Below, one piece after another: positions 48,801 through 62,200 of a DNA stretch of 64,000 bases. The position numbers were made by a program, and so were the translations under genes. Under the pieces are notes generated by a model that ran no database searches, was not told where the DNA came from, and saw only the letters and a list, made by a program, of their open reading frames with translations. Each line of letters begins with the position of its first letter. Within the stretch, counting starts at the first letter, position 1. The stretch comes from Basidiobolus meristosporus CBS 931.73 (Eukaryota; Fungi; Basidiobolomycota), in the NCBI GenBank assembly GCA_002104905.1, contig MCFE01000107.1, positions 62,001 to 126,000 on the forward strand. Reading direction: 5' to 3'.

Positions 48801-51336
48801 ACTCCCTGAACTTAGACAGAGTGTCTTCCTTTCTCTCCATGAAGTAGACCCATGTGTATCTTGTATAATCATCAATAAAGGTGATTAAATACTTCATCCC
48901 ACCTAAGTAAAAATTTTGCATAGGTCCACACAGATCTGAGTGAGTAAGATCTAATTTTTCTTAGTTTTGATTAACCCAGAGCTCTTGAACAGTTGTCTGG
49001 CTTGTTTCCCATATATGCAGGCTTCACAGTGCTCCAAATTAGCTGGGGGATCATTTTTCACTCCAGAAATTAGCTGATCTTTGATCATTTTGCACAAATA
49101 ATCAAAATGAATGTGCCCAAATCTCCTGTGCCAAAGCATTGGTATTTCTTCATTCAAGTTACTTATATTGGCTTCCAGATATGATGGAATATAAGTCAAC
49201 TTGTATAGATTCTGATCTCTGATACCCAAAGCAATATGGGTACCATTTTGATCAGTGATCTTGCATCCAGAATTGTCAAAGTTGAAACTGAGTCCTTCAG
49301 CTGTGGCCTAGCTTGCAAATAGTAGGTTCTTGGCTATTTCTGGTACATAGAGTACTTCTTTAAAGGTCAGTGTATGGCTTCCTTCACTGCTACTTAGGTT
49401 TACTTGGATAGTTCCTTCTCCCACTGCATCAAGTGTTCTATTGTCACCCACAAAAACTGTTATGAATAGACACAAGGCAGGAGGAAAAGCTAGGCACGGC
49501 AGGAAAGGACTTAGGTGTGGACCATCAAGGCAAGGCAGGATTCAAGGCAAGGCTGTTTATTCAAGACCTGTGTTTATCAGACTGAGGAATACTTAAGGGG
49601 CGATAGGACTATATATACTTTTTGGCTATATTGATGCCGAGAGATGTTAGCTAATACTAATGGGGTTGTGGGGTGAGGCACAGCAATGGTGCTGGGGATA
49701 ATGACATAGATGACATGGTACTGAGACAGGATGGGGAAATGGATTGGGTCACCTGATCATGTGACTAAGTCATGTGACCTGGTATTACCATATATGGTGC
49801 TGGACTATAAAAAATACGATGGAAAGCTTCCATGGAATGTTCCATTGTGTAACAATGGTTTGGAATGGTCAGGAACTTTCTGGAAGGTGGTAGAAGGTTC
49901 CGGAAGGAATCTCTTAGAAATTGAGCTGGGAAGCTGAAACTTGGCATGGGTGTTCATGGTTGTTATGTGATCATGACAAAAACCTTCTTAATTGGAATTT
50001 CTTGATATTGGGTAAAAAGTTCTTTTGGTGTGTAAAGTGTTGAGATGCTCCAGAGTCCATATACCACGTCTGAGAATCCTTGTTTGTGGTTGTATTTAGT
50101 GCAGATATGAGTAGTCTATCTTCAGTTGTTGCAGCATTTCCATATTCAGGCTTTTTCTGCTCACTATCCTTCTTTTTGAAGCACTGGTCTGATGTGTGTC
50201 CTTTCCATTTGCAGTAGTTTCAAGACAAGTTGCTGTTGCCTATATAGGGTCTTGGGTACCTCCTTTGTTGGTTATCATTGCTTGTTAAAACACTTTCTTC
50301 TTCCCTCTTATTGGTGCTTGATTTTCTTAATTCCTGATCCAGGAGCCTTTCATATACGTAATATAAGGTCAAATCTTCAGTTCTGAACTCTAGGGCTGAT
50401 ACAAGGCCCAGAAACTTGCCTGTCATGCCATTCAGAATGGTAACTATCACATCCTCATCAGTAGTTGGTACACCCACAGATTCTATTGCATCTACCCACA
50501 GGGTATTTCTGTTAATAAGATATTTCATTTCTTCTCCTGGCAGCATCATTGTAATAAAGAATATTTGTCTCAGATACATTTTCTTAGCAGCTGAACATGA
50601 CTAGTAGGTGTCCTCTAATGCCTTCCAGGAATTCATTACTGTTTTGGCTCTAGAGCATTGAATTAGCAATTTGTCTTTAACATTAAGGCAAATGCAGTTA
50701 AAGGCACTTTGTTCTTTCTTCTGGTACTTTAGGGCTTCCTGTCCCACATTATTAGGAGGGCATTCTTCCCCATGACAATATCCCAAAGGCCTTTTTCTTG
50801 TAGCAGCATCTTCATCTTCACCCTCCACACTTGGTAGTTAGATCCATCCAACTTTTCAGCAGAGGGAAAAGTTCCAGTAATAGCAGTAGTAGACATTGCC
50901 AAGAGTGACAGCTTGGGGCTCATAACCTGTTGTAAGAGTCTTGGAGATACTGGAAGTGATTGGGAGAACAAGTAGACTATGTGATTCTCACTTAATGATC
51001 TATTGAATGTAAAAGTAGTATTTATACTTTGACATAGTCCTGCCATAACAAACACATACAAAAGATCAGGAAGGTCCCAAGAGCATGAAAAGTAGTATTT
51101 ATACTTTTACATGGTCTTGGCATAACTTACACATAGAATAGGCTAAGAAAGGTCCCAAGCACATGTGTACAAAGTTTGGGGCTGTTTGGACAACTTATGT
51201 AACTTTCAAGTTCTGGGTAAATATTTGAAGTAAATCCCAACAAGGAAATTGGTCAGTATTTGCTAGGATTTGGAAGTAATGATCTAAGTGACTAAGCTAG
51301 GTGAATATTTAGGTGGAATCACAAATTTTAACAACA
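45831..51336 (-). mobile_element. Full-length degenerate copia B2, TSD GATTC
   Basis: 3' LTR 45831-46179, PPT 46180-46190, PBS 50916-50927, 5' LTR 50928-51336; GATTC at 45826-45830 and 51337-51341; ORF fragments with YVDDL and STTEAEY. Confidence 0.92.
49458..49978 (-). mobile_element. Solo LTR (521 bp) in B2, 5-bp TSD AAAAC
   Basis: TGTTATGA...TCATGACA; AAAAC at 49453-49457 and 49979-49983; splits a protease-region sequence that is uninterrupted at 54485-54510. Orientation inferred from TATATATA/AATAAA on the minus strand. Confidence 0.93.
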
Positions 51337-51929
51337 GATTCTACTCCACCTGGATGAGTGGTTGGATGGATATTCACAATACTCATAAAAGTGCCATCAG
51401 ATGATGACAAAAATCCAATTGCAAGTACACTAATACTCAGGATTGAATCAGAGCAAAATAATGTAGATTAACTTACTTCAGTGGTCTCTACAAATATTCC
51501 TCAGCCTAGGAATATTCCAAAAGTGTACACTCTAGTACTACATAGCAGGTGATTCAATCAGATAGGCAATAGCCTGTATTAAAATATAAATAAGGGTGCA
51601 AACTTAGCCTATGCCTTTAAAAAACATTTTGGCAAGCCCTAGACTACAAATGAGGCCCTGATTAGCCTACAAATAGGGTCTTAGAGATCAGCAATGATCA
51701 AGTGGTTTTAAGCCCTGGCAGAAAAACAAACTTGAGACTTGTTCAATTTATAATTCAATCTAAAGCCAAGTGATTGGAAGTGTGTCATCAAGATAAAATA
51801 AAAGGTTGGTGGCACAACTGAAAGATAAAAAGAAAGGCTTTTGTCTAAAGGATACTTTTAAACAAGAGGATCGAACTGCACTGAAACCTTTGCCTCAATA
51901 GCCAAATTATATGCCATTAGACTAGCCCT

Positions 51930-53130
51930 GTCAAAAGTAACTGTGATGACCCCATCCCAAGGTTGTCAAATGCTTCAATCCCAAGACTAAGAGTCATTGA
52001 TGCCATAAGGACACTGTTCAAATACCATTAATAATCTGCACATCAAATATGTATATATAAGTGGCTGCTGATTGGTATCTGCCAATCCTCTCACTTTGTG
52101 CATTCAGATACTCAATCTCCTCCTCTATTTGTGTACATTGATTGGCTATAACCCCTTTTGCACACTGCAGACATCCTGACTCAAGCAATTTGCTTACTTT
52201 TCACACAAATGAATTGGTTTGTTTGTGCTCAGTCTTCAACTGTAGCTTGATGGTCTAGTGTACTGAACTATTCAAGTCCATATACTCAATACTTACACTA
52301 TGCCCAACATCTCACTCAATAAGTAACCCATTAAGATCTACAATTCTATAAGTGTGTGTAACAAAATTCCATATTTTTGTGACTTTAGTGTGAGCCCTGT
52401 GGCAATATGCCATCATTCATTTGCCAGCTCCCAAATGACCTTGTCTTTGGCCAGCACTGCAAGGTCTAGCACTTCATCTACTTGTCTTTGCAATAAGTCC
52501 TTGAAAAATTCAAATGTGTTTTCTTGACCAATGCTCTTGAAGAGTGAGTATAACCTTTTGTTGTGCATGTCATGGCTCAAACATTCTACTGTAGGCAATG
52601 TGATAGTCTTTGGAGAACTTGATGACAAAGCCTAAAACTCAAATGATATTGAAGATCCATGAAGTTGTTGAGTGTAATGATGAAGAGTAGGCCAATACTC
52701 AAGAGGCCATTAGAAGGCTAGCATACCATGGGACAATCAGAAAATCAAGGTCAAGCAGAATGCACTTGACCTGTTCCATTAGCATCCACCTGGATCCAAG
52801 CAAGCAAATGGATTTTGGGCTAGCATTAGAATGCTAAGAAAGTATCCCAAGTCTAGCAGAAACTATCAAAGGCTGAAGAACAAGGGTGCCATGGTTCAAA
52901 ATCCGCAGCTTCCCCAAGTGCTTGTCACAAGAAGGGATGAAAGCTCCACACAAGTGGCAAAGATATGTCAGGTAGCCAGAAGTTTGCCTGTAAGGGACAG
53001 GAAGGCAGAAGCAGATGCATCATTGCAGCATTTTTCTGGGAGAAAATGTAGTGTAATACAGGAAGCCCTTAGTTACAGTAGCAGTGAATGACCTGACAGT
53101 AATAAGAACCTACAGCTCTCTCCAGAGACT
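51930..53130. repeat. ORF-X fragments in two orientations (51930-52640 minus; 52640-53130 plus)
   Basis: 52413-52628 DEVLDLAV..WE..NE; 52670-52930 matches 9320-9600 in plus orientation. Confidence 0.7.
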
Positions 53131-53191
53131 GTGCTCTGCTGGTGTTCTAATGGTGTTCTAATGGTATTTTGCTGGTCTTCAGCTGGTTTTT

Positions 53192-56100
53192 TGTTGTAAA
53201 AATTCGGAATTCCACCTAAATATTCACCTAACTTAGTCACTTAGATCATCACCTTCAAATCCTAGAGAATACTGACCAAATTCCTTGTCAGGATTTACTT
53301 AGAATATTTTCACCAAAATACCAGGTACCCAGAACATGAAAATTCTCAAAGTTGTCCAAACAGCCCCAAACTTTGCACACATGCTCTTGGGACCTTCCTC
53401 AACCTATCCTACTTGTTTGTGATGCCAAGACCAGGTAAAAGTATAAATACTACTTTTACATTCAATAAATCATTAAGTGAAAACCACAAAATCTACTTGT
53501 TCTCCAAATCACTTCCAATATCTCCAAGACTCTTACAACAGGTTATGAGCCCCAAGCTGTCACTCTCTGCAATGTCTACTACTGCTATTACTGGAATTTT
53601 TCCCTCTGCTGAAAAGTTGGATGGATCTAACTACCAAGTGTGGAAGGTGAAGATGAAGATGCTGCTACAAGAAAGAGGCCTTTGGGATATTGTCATGGGA
53701 GAAGAATGCCCTCCTAACAACGTGGGAGAGGAAGCCTTAAAGTACCAGAAGAAAGAGCATAGTGCCTTTAACTGCATTTGCCTTAATGTCAAGGACAAAT
53801 TGCTAATTCAATGCTCAGGAGCAAAAACGGCAAAGAATGCCTGGAAAGAATTGGAAGACACCTACCAGTCATGTTCAGCTGCCAAGAAAATGTACCTGAG
53901 ACAAAAATTCTTTACTACAAAGATGCTGCCAGGAGAAGAAATGAAAAATCAAATTAACAGAATTACCCTGCTGGTAGATGAGATGGAATCTGTGGGCATA
54001 CCAACTACTGATGAGGATGTGATAGTTACCATCCTGAATAGCCTGACTGACAAGTTTCAGGGCCTTGCATCAGCCCTAGAGTCCAGAACTGAAGATTTGA
54101 CCTTAAATTATGTATATGGAAGGCTCCTGGATGAAGAATTAAGAAAATCAAGCGCCAATAAGAAGGAAGAAGAAAATGCTTTAATAGCAATGATAACCAA
54201 CAAAGGAGGTACCCAAAACCCTACAAAGGCAACAGCAACCTGTTTTGTAACTACTCCAAAAGGAAAGGACACACATCAGACCGCTGTCTCAAAAAGAAAG
54301 ATAATCAGCAAAAGAAGCCTGAATATGGAAATGCTGCAACAACTGAAGATAGACTATTCATATCTGCACTAAATATGACCACAAACAAGGATTTACAGAC
54401 GTGGTATATGGACTCTGCAGCTTCTCAACACTTTACACACCAAAAAGAACTTTTTACCCAATATCAAGAAATTCCAATTAAGAAGGTTTTCATGGGTGAC
54501 AATAGAACACTTGATGCAGTGGGAGAAGGAACTATCCAAGTAAACCTAAGTAGCAGTGAAGGAAGCCATACACTGACCTTTAAAGAAGTACTCTATGTAC
54601 CAGAAATAGCCAAGAACCTACTCTCTGTAAGCAAGGCCACAGCAGAAGGACTCAGTTTCAGTTTTGACAATTCTGGATGCAGGATCACTGATCAAAATGG
54701 TGCTCATATTGCTTTGGGCATCAGAGATCAGAATCTATACAAGTTGACTTACATTCCATCATATCTGGAAGCCAATATAAGTAACTTGAATGAAGAAACA
54801 CCAATGCTTTGGCACAGGAGATTTGGACACATCAATTTTGATTATTTGTGTAAAATGATCAAAGATCAGCTAATTTCTGGAGTGAAAAATGATCCCCCAG
54901 CTAATTTGGAGCACTGTGAAGCCTGCATATATGGGAAACAAGCCAGACAACTGTTCAAGAGCTCTGGGTTAATCAAAACTAAGAAAAAATTAGATCTAAT
55001 TCACTCAGATCTGTGTGGACCTATGCAAAATTTATCCTTAGGCGGGATGAAGTATTTAATCACCTTTATTGATGATTATACAAGATACACATGGGTCTAC
55101 TTCATGGGGAGAAAGGAAGAAGCTCTGTCTAAGCTCTGGGAGTTTAAAGCTATGGTGGAGAGAGAAACTGGTGAAAAAATCAAGAAAATACACTCTGACA
55201 ATGGTGGAGAATATACCGCAAAACTCTTCATCCACTTCTGCAAAATTCATGGGATAAAGCAAGAGACTACTGTACCATACTACCCACAGCAAAATGGAGT
55301 AGCAGAACAAGCTAACAGGCCAATAATTGATATGGCAAGATCTATGATCCATGATCAAAAATTATCCTATGATTTTTGGGCGGAATCAGTTGCCACTGCT
55401 GTATACCTTAAAAATAGGAGTTATAACAGAATACTTTGTGAATCTACTCCATTGGAAGCATGGTATGGATACAGACCAAGTGCAGAACATCTAAGAATAT
55501 TTGGGTGCACAGCATATGCCAAAAAACTGGCCAGAAATCAATCAAAATTTGAGCCAAAAAGTGTAAAATGCATATTTTTGGGCTACTTCAATGAGAGTGA
55601 GGCATACAGACTCTACAATACCAAAGCAAAGAAGCTGATCAAGTCCAGGGATGTGTTGTTTGATGAAAATATAAAATTTTGACAAAAAATGACATCAGAT
55701 GATGACAAAAATTTGATATCACGTCCACCAATTGTCAGGATTGAATCAGAGGAAAACAATGAAAATTCTTTCACTGCAGAGTACTCTACAACCGTGTTTC
55801 AGCCAGAATCAGTGCCCAGGAATATCCCAAAAGTGATCATTCCAGTATCAAATGCCTGGAGATCCAATTGGACAAGAAATAGCCCAAATTACTATATTAA
55901 TGGGGGTACAAACTTAGCCTATGCCTATTCAGTCCATATTGATGAGCACCAGACTGTAAAAGTGGCCCTAAATAGCCCTCAGACAAAGTTTTGGAGATCT
56001 GCAATGACTGAGGAATATCAGGCCCTGATGGAAAATCAAACTTGGGACTTAGTCAAATTACCAATCAACCAAAAATCAATTGGATGCAGATGGGTCTTCA

Positions 56101-57873
56101 AGACAAAACACAAGGCTGATGGTACAATTGAAAGATACAAAGCAAGACTTGTAGCCAAATGATACTCTCAAACAAAGGACTTGACTATACTGAGACCTTT
56201 GCACCGGTAGCCAAGTTTAATTCCATCAGATTAATATTGGCTATTGCAGCCAAATATGAGTTTTTTATTCATCAAATGGAGGTAAAAACTGCATTTTTGA
56301 ATGGAGAACTTGATGAGGACGTGTATATGAACCAGCCTGATGGGTTTGCTGAGCAAGATAACCCCCATTTGGTCTGCAAGCTTAAAATGTCACTATATGG
56401 TCTCAAACAATCACCAAGAGCCTGGAATTGCAAGATACATTCTTATTTGGAATCTTTGAGTTTCAAAAGGAGTAATGCTGACTATAGTATATACTATAAG
56501 CCAGATAGAGCAAATCCAGCTCTATTAGCTCTATAAGTGGATAATCTTATTATAGCCGCCAATAACCTAGAAACATTGGAAGAGACTAAATCCTGCCTAT
56601 CTAAGGAGTTCAAGATGTCAAATCTAGGAGAACTTAGTTACTACTTAGGGATTAAGTTCTCCATAGACAGAAATACCCAGACTATCACCCTAAGTCAATC
56701 CAAGTATATTCAAGATATACTAAAGAAGTACAAAATGGAAGACTGTAAACCGGCAGCTACCCCAATGGAGACAAACCTTAACTTGGTCAAAACTCAACCA
56801 AATCAAGAGAGCATGGTGCCATCTGAAAGCCCAGACCTTCCTTATCAATCTATGATTGGCAGTCTGATGTATATCATGCTTGGAACATGTCCAGATATCT
56901 CATATCCAGTGGGAGTTGTCAGCCAACATAATCAGAATTATGGATCTGATCATATTGCAGCAGTTAAGCGGATTTTTAGATACCTAAAAGGAACTGCTGA
57001 TATCTGCTTAAGATATACTTATATGGATTCAGAACAGGATCTTGTGGGATACTCTGATGCTGATTGGGGACAAAATTTGGAAGACAGAAGATCCACCACA
57101 GGATACACCTTTCTTTACTGTAAAGGAGCAATTTCATGGAATTCAAGAAAGCAACCAACCGTAGCACTTTCTACTACAGAGGCAGAGTATATGGCAGCCT
57201 GTGAAGCTACAAAAGAAGCAATGTGGTTAAGAAAGCTCTTTACAGATTTAGGCCTATGTCAAAAAACCCCTGTTACTTTATTTTAAGATAAGCAAGGATG
57301 TATACAATTAGGTAAAATCCAACTTTTCATGCTAGAACCAAGCACATAGATATTAGACATCATTTCATACAAGAAGCTATAGAGAATAACTCAGTTAGCT
57401 TAGTTTACTGTCCTACAGATGAAATGATTGCAGACATATTTACCAAACCATTAGCTAGAGACAAGTTTGAATATCTTAGGTCAAAATTAGGACTAGTCAG
57501 TATGAACATTTAGCTGAGTGAGAGTGTTGTAAAAATTTGGAATTCCACCTAAATATTCACCTAACTTAGTCACTTAGATCATTACCTTCAAATTCTAGAG
57601 AATACTGACCAAATTCCTTGTTGGGATTCACTTAGAATATTTTCACCAAAATACCAGGTACCCAGAACATGAAAATTCTCAAAGTTGTCCAAACAGCCCC
57701 AAACTTTGCACACATGCTCTTGGGATCTTCCTCAACCTATCCTACTTGTTTGTAATGCCAAGACCAGGTAAAAGTATAAATACTACTTTTACATTCAATA
57801 AATCATTAAGTGAAAACCACAAAATCTACCTGTTCTCCAAATCACTTCCAATATCTCCAAGACTCTTACAACA
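53192..57873 (+). mobile_element. Full-length Ty1/copia family B (4682 bp), TSD TTTTT
   Basis: 349-bp LTRs at 53192-53540 and 57525-57873 (9 mismatches), PBS 53541-53552, TTTTT at 53187-53191 and 57874-57878. Confidence 0.96.
53545..57510 (+). pseudogene. Copia B gag-pol pseudogene
   Basis: 1-nt deletion ~54185; TGA 55680-55682; TGA plus frameshift ~56160; RT YVDD mutated to *VDN (56534-56545); TAA 57284-57286. Confidence 0.93.
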
Positions 57874-58099
57874 TTTTTCTGGTTCAAAGTTTCAAATGCA
57901 ATTTTTGATGGAAGAAATGGGCTGCCTATTACCTTATTTGGAACAGAGACTAGTTGGCCCAGTCTCCTCCAGGAGAACCTGTTTGCCTGCCTGCCCACCC
58001 ATCAGCTTCCAATAGCAGTATTGAGAAATGTCAATCTTGCAAAACTTGGTACTCAGCTGATATATTGATGGTACTGTGCTGGCCTTTTCTGAAATTTTT

Positions 58100-59225
58100 T
58101 TCTTATAAGTCAGCCAAAAATAGATGCACCAGTGTATCATTCATTGGGGAGAAGACCAAGTATAGTACAAGAAATGCCCAGTCAAAGTAACAGTAAATGA
58201 CTTGGTAGTGATAAAGCTCATGGTAAAGAGAAAAGGGTCTACCTAAGCCAGAGACATGGATGCATAAGAAAAAGCTGGAGTTCTCACCAGTTGATGCTAC
58301 TTGCCATGAGCCCACCAAATTCCAGCATAGTCAAGAAGATTTACCAATAAGACAAAAGCTGCTTTCTCAAGAGTTGGAAGCACAGCCAGTTGAGCAACAC
58401 TTCTGTGAGGTAGTTGAGTTTGCAGAGAAAAGCAATTTGTCTACCACTGCCTCCACATCATCCATTATAGACAGAGTGGAGATCCTACTGACAGACAAAG
58501 CAGTACATCAAGAACTCAAAGACTATGAAAGTGCCTACAGTGGAGTTTTGTAATGTTGATAGGCATACCAAGTGGTTGCAGCACTTCTTCAAGAGCAGTG
58601 CTCAAGAAAATGCACTTGAATATTGCAAGTATTTATTGCAAATACTAGCAGATGAGGTGCTAGACCTTGCAGTGCAGGCTGAAGACCAGGATGTATGGGA
58701 GCCAGTGAATGAATAGTGGCATAAAGCTGCAGGGTTTCCACCAAAGTCATGGGCAAAGAGCATTACAGTGGAACTATCTATGGAATTATAGATTTTAATG
58801 GAGTTACTTGTCAAGCATGGGGTTGAGCTTAATGTTAGTGTTGGATATAGGGACTTTTATATGTCAATGCAACAGGCAGTTAAGGTACAATTGAAGTTTC
58901 AACAGAAATAAATCAATATGTATGCATGAAATGTAAGATGATCATTTGAGTCAGGAAGTAAGGAAAGTGGGAAAGAGGCTATAGCCAATCAACATACAGA
59001 AATGCAGAAGGTAATTGAGTGTCCAGGATCAGAAAGCAAGAGAATTGGCAGAGGACCAATCAAAAGCCACTTATATCTTGCAAAGAAGTTTTTAACCAAG
59101 TTTTTTGTGAAATCTGGGGTGCAATGATTTTTCAACAGTCTTTGCATGTTGTTTTGATGGGATCAACACCACTCCGTCATCGGACTTTAATTTTGCAAAA
59201 GCCTTTCAATGTGATCATCCCAATT
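58100..59225 (+). repeat. ORF-X repeat, C-terminal half
   Basis: 58525-58716 PTVEF..HTKWLQHFFKSSAQENALEYCKYLLQILADEVLDLAV..VWEPVNE; the same frame continues to ESG..KEAIANQ. Confidence 0.78.
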
Positions 59226-59229
59226 ACTT

Positions 59230-62200
59230 CTCATAGGGATTAAAGAATGGTATATCCTGTTGTTTGTCAGCTGTCTTTTGAATTCTGTCCCAATCAGCAT
59301 CCAAGTATTCCACAAGATCTTGATCTGAGCTCTGATGAGCTACCTTAACTGGACATCAGCAGTCTATGTAGGCTTCTAAAAATTTGCTCAATTGCTGTAA
59401 TATGCTCAGATGCACAGCTCTAATTATGCTGGCTTACAACTCCTACTGAATTTGAAATTTCTGGAAGTGTTCTAAGTATGATATACATCAAACTGCCAGT
59501 CATAGATTGGTAAGAGCATTCAGGGCTTTCAGATAGCATCAAGCTCTCATCATTTGCTTGAGCTTTGACTAAGCTATAGCTTGCCTCCATTGAAGTAGCT
59601 ACCTGACTACAATCTTCCATATGGTTCTTCCTAACTATATCTTTAGCATACTTGGACTGGCTAAGGATGATAGTCTGGACACTTCTGTCAGTGGAGAACT
59701 TTATCCCTAAGTAGCAATTGAGCTCTCCTGGATCAGGCATTCTGGACTTCTTTAATAGGCATGATTTAGTGTCTTTTAATGTGTCTTAATTATTAGTGGA
59801 TATAACAAGATCATATACATGTAGAGCTAATAGAGCTGGATTTGCTCTGTCTGACCTACAATAGATGCTATTGGCAGCATTACTTCATTGGAAACTCAAA
59901 GATTCCAACTAAGAATTTAACTTGCAACTCAAGGCTCATAGTGAGAATTTGAGACCATATAGATTTTTTAGTCTTGTGGACCAAATATGGGGTGTCTTGG
60001 TCAGCAAATCCATCAAGTTAGCCCATGTTTATGTCATCATGAAGTTCCTCAATTAAAATGTAGCTTTATATCCATTTGATGTATTAAAAAACTTATATTT
60101 GACTGCAACAGCCAATATTATTTTGATGGAATTAAACTTGGCTACCTGTGCATAGGTCTCAGTATAGTCAAGTCATTTTATTTCTGATTAATCTTTGTTC
60201 ACAGGTCTTGCTCTTTATCTTTTAGTTTTGCCATCCCCCTTAAATGTGGCCCTGAGATCCCATCTGTATCCAATTGGTTTTTGATTGATTGATATTTGGA
60301 CTATGTTCTAAGCATGATTTTCCATAAGGGCCTGATACTCCTCAGTCATTGCAGATCTCTCAATCTTCATATTAGGGCTATTTAGGGCTTCTTTTACAAT
60401 TTGGGATTCATCTATATGGCTACATCTGAGATACACAGCTATAGTAACTGATTCAGCCCAAAAATCATGGGATAATTTTGATCAGGATTCATAGATCTTG
60501 CCATATAAAATATTGCTCTATATGCATGTTCTGCCACTCCATTTTGCTGTGGGGAGTATGTTACAATAGTCTCCTGCTTTATCCAATGAATTTTGCAGAA
60601 GTGGGTGAAGAGTTTTGAGCTAAATTCTCAACCATTGACAGAGTGTATTTTCATGACTTTTCCACCAGTTTCTCTCTCCACCATGACTTTAAGCTCTCCA
60701 AGCCCAGACAGGGCTTTTTCCTTTCTTTCCCAGAAGTGATCCCAAAAGTATCTTGTACAATCATCAACAAAAGTGCTCAAATACTTCATCCTTCCTGAGG
60801 GTATATTTTGCATAGGTTCACACAGATCTGGGCAAACTAAATTTAGCTTTTCTCAGTTTTAATTGACACAGAGTGCTTGAAGAGCTGTCTGGCTTGTTTT
60901 CCATATATACAGGCTTCACAGTGCTTCAAATCTATTGGGGGAGCAGATTTTACTCAGGAAATTGGTTGATCTTTGATCATTTTGCACAAAGAATGAAAAT
61001 TGAGGTGTCCAAGACTCCTGTTGCAAAGTATAGATACTTGTTCATTTAAGTTGCATATATTGGCTTCCATATATGATGGAATATAGGTTAACTTGTGTAG
61101 ACCTTGATCTCTGATACCCAAAGCAATATGGGCTTCATTTGGATCAGGGATCCTACTTCCAGAATTGTCAAACTGCAACAGAGTCCTTCATCGGCGGTTC
61201 TTCTGAAAGATAGATGGTTCTTGGTTATTTCTGGTACATGGAGTACTTCATTGAAGGTAAGTGTGTAGCTTCTCTTGCCACTTCTATGACTTATTTGGAG
61301 AGCTCCTTCTTCCACTGCATCAAGTGATCTATTGTCACCTATGTAAACCTTCTTAATTGGAATTTGTAGATATTAGACTTGTTCCATCATTCCAGCTGAT
61401 CATAGTGCCTAATAGTGCCATAGCATGCCAGATGGTGCCTGATCATGCCACAGAGTGCCTGATGGTGCCATACAGTGTCAATTTGGGATCAAAATTGACA
61501 TGCATATTACCATAAAATATCAAATTAATAACAAAAAATTCAGCACTCTCTGGCACTATGATCAATAGTACAATGGAACAGGTCTATTGGGTAAGAAGAT
61601 CTTATTGATTTGTAAAGTATTAAGATGCTCCAAATTCAATATACCAGTCTGAGAATCCTTATTTGTGGTTCTATTTAGTGCAGATGTGAATAGTCTATCT
61701 TTAGTTGTTGCAGCACTTCCATTTTCAAGCTTTTTCTGCTAATTATCTTCCTATCAGGAGGCACTGGTATGATGTGTGTCCTTTCCTTTTGCTTCAGTTG
61801 CAAAAAGGTTGCTATTGGCTTGATAGGGTCTTGAGTACCTTCTTTACTGGTTATTGTTGACTATTAAAGCATTTTTTTGTTTCTTCTTACTGGCACTTGA
61901 TTTCTTGAATTTTCATCCTGGAGCCCTACAAAGATGTAATTTAGGGTCAATTGTCAGTTTTGTACTCTGGGGCTGATACACAGCCCCAAACCTGTCTGTC
62001 AGGCTATGCAGGATAGCAAGAATTACATTCTCATATGAAGCTGGTGCACCCACATATTGCATCTGATCAACCAACAGGGTGACTCTATTCAAAGATTTTT
62101 CATTACTTGTCCTTGAAGCATATTTATGGTCAGGAATTCTGTCTCAGATATCTTTTCTTAGCTGCTGAAGATGGCCAGTAGATATTGTTTGATGACTTCC

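Larger units (their letters stand above)
44250..51930 (+). mobile_element. Very old copia B relic (44250-45830 + 51337-51930) hosting element B2
   Basis: Decayed gag, protease and integrase similar to 53870-55440; the sequence continues across the GATTC duplication into the integrase-RT region. Confidence 0.7.

Noticed and set aside
53141-53168. GGTGTTCTAAT micro-tandem repeat
   Set aside because: Only two to three short units; ordinary slippage.
53413-53545. ORF-track start inside the 5' LTR suggesting an extended gag
   Set aside because: Starts upstream of the LTR TATA box (53442), so it is unlikely to be on the element's transcript.
54170-54380. Apparent programmed gag/pol frameshift in copia B
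   Set aside because: The B2 copy (~50290) has one extra base and reads through (VLTSNDNQQRR); family A is a single ORF. It is a 1-nt deletion.
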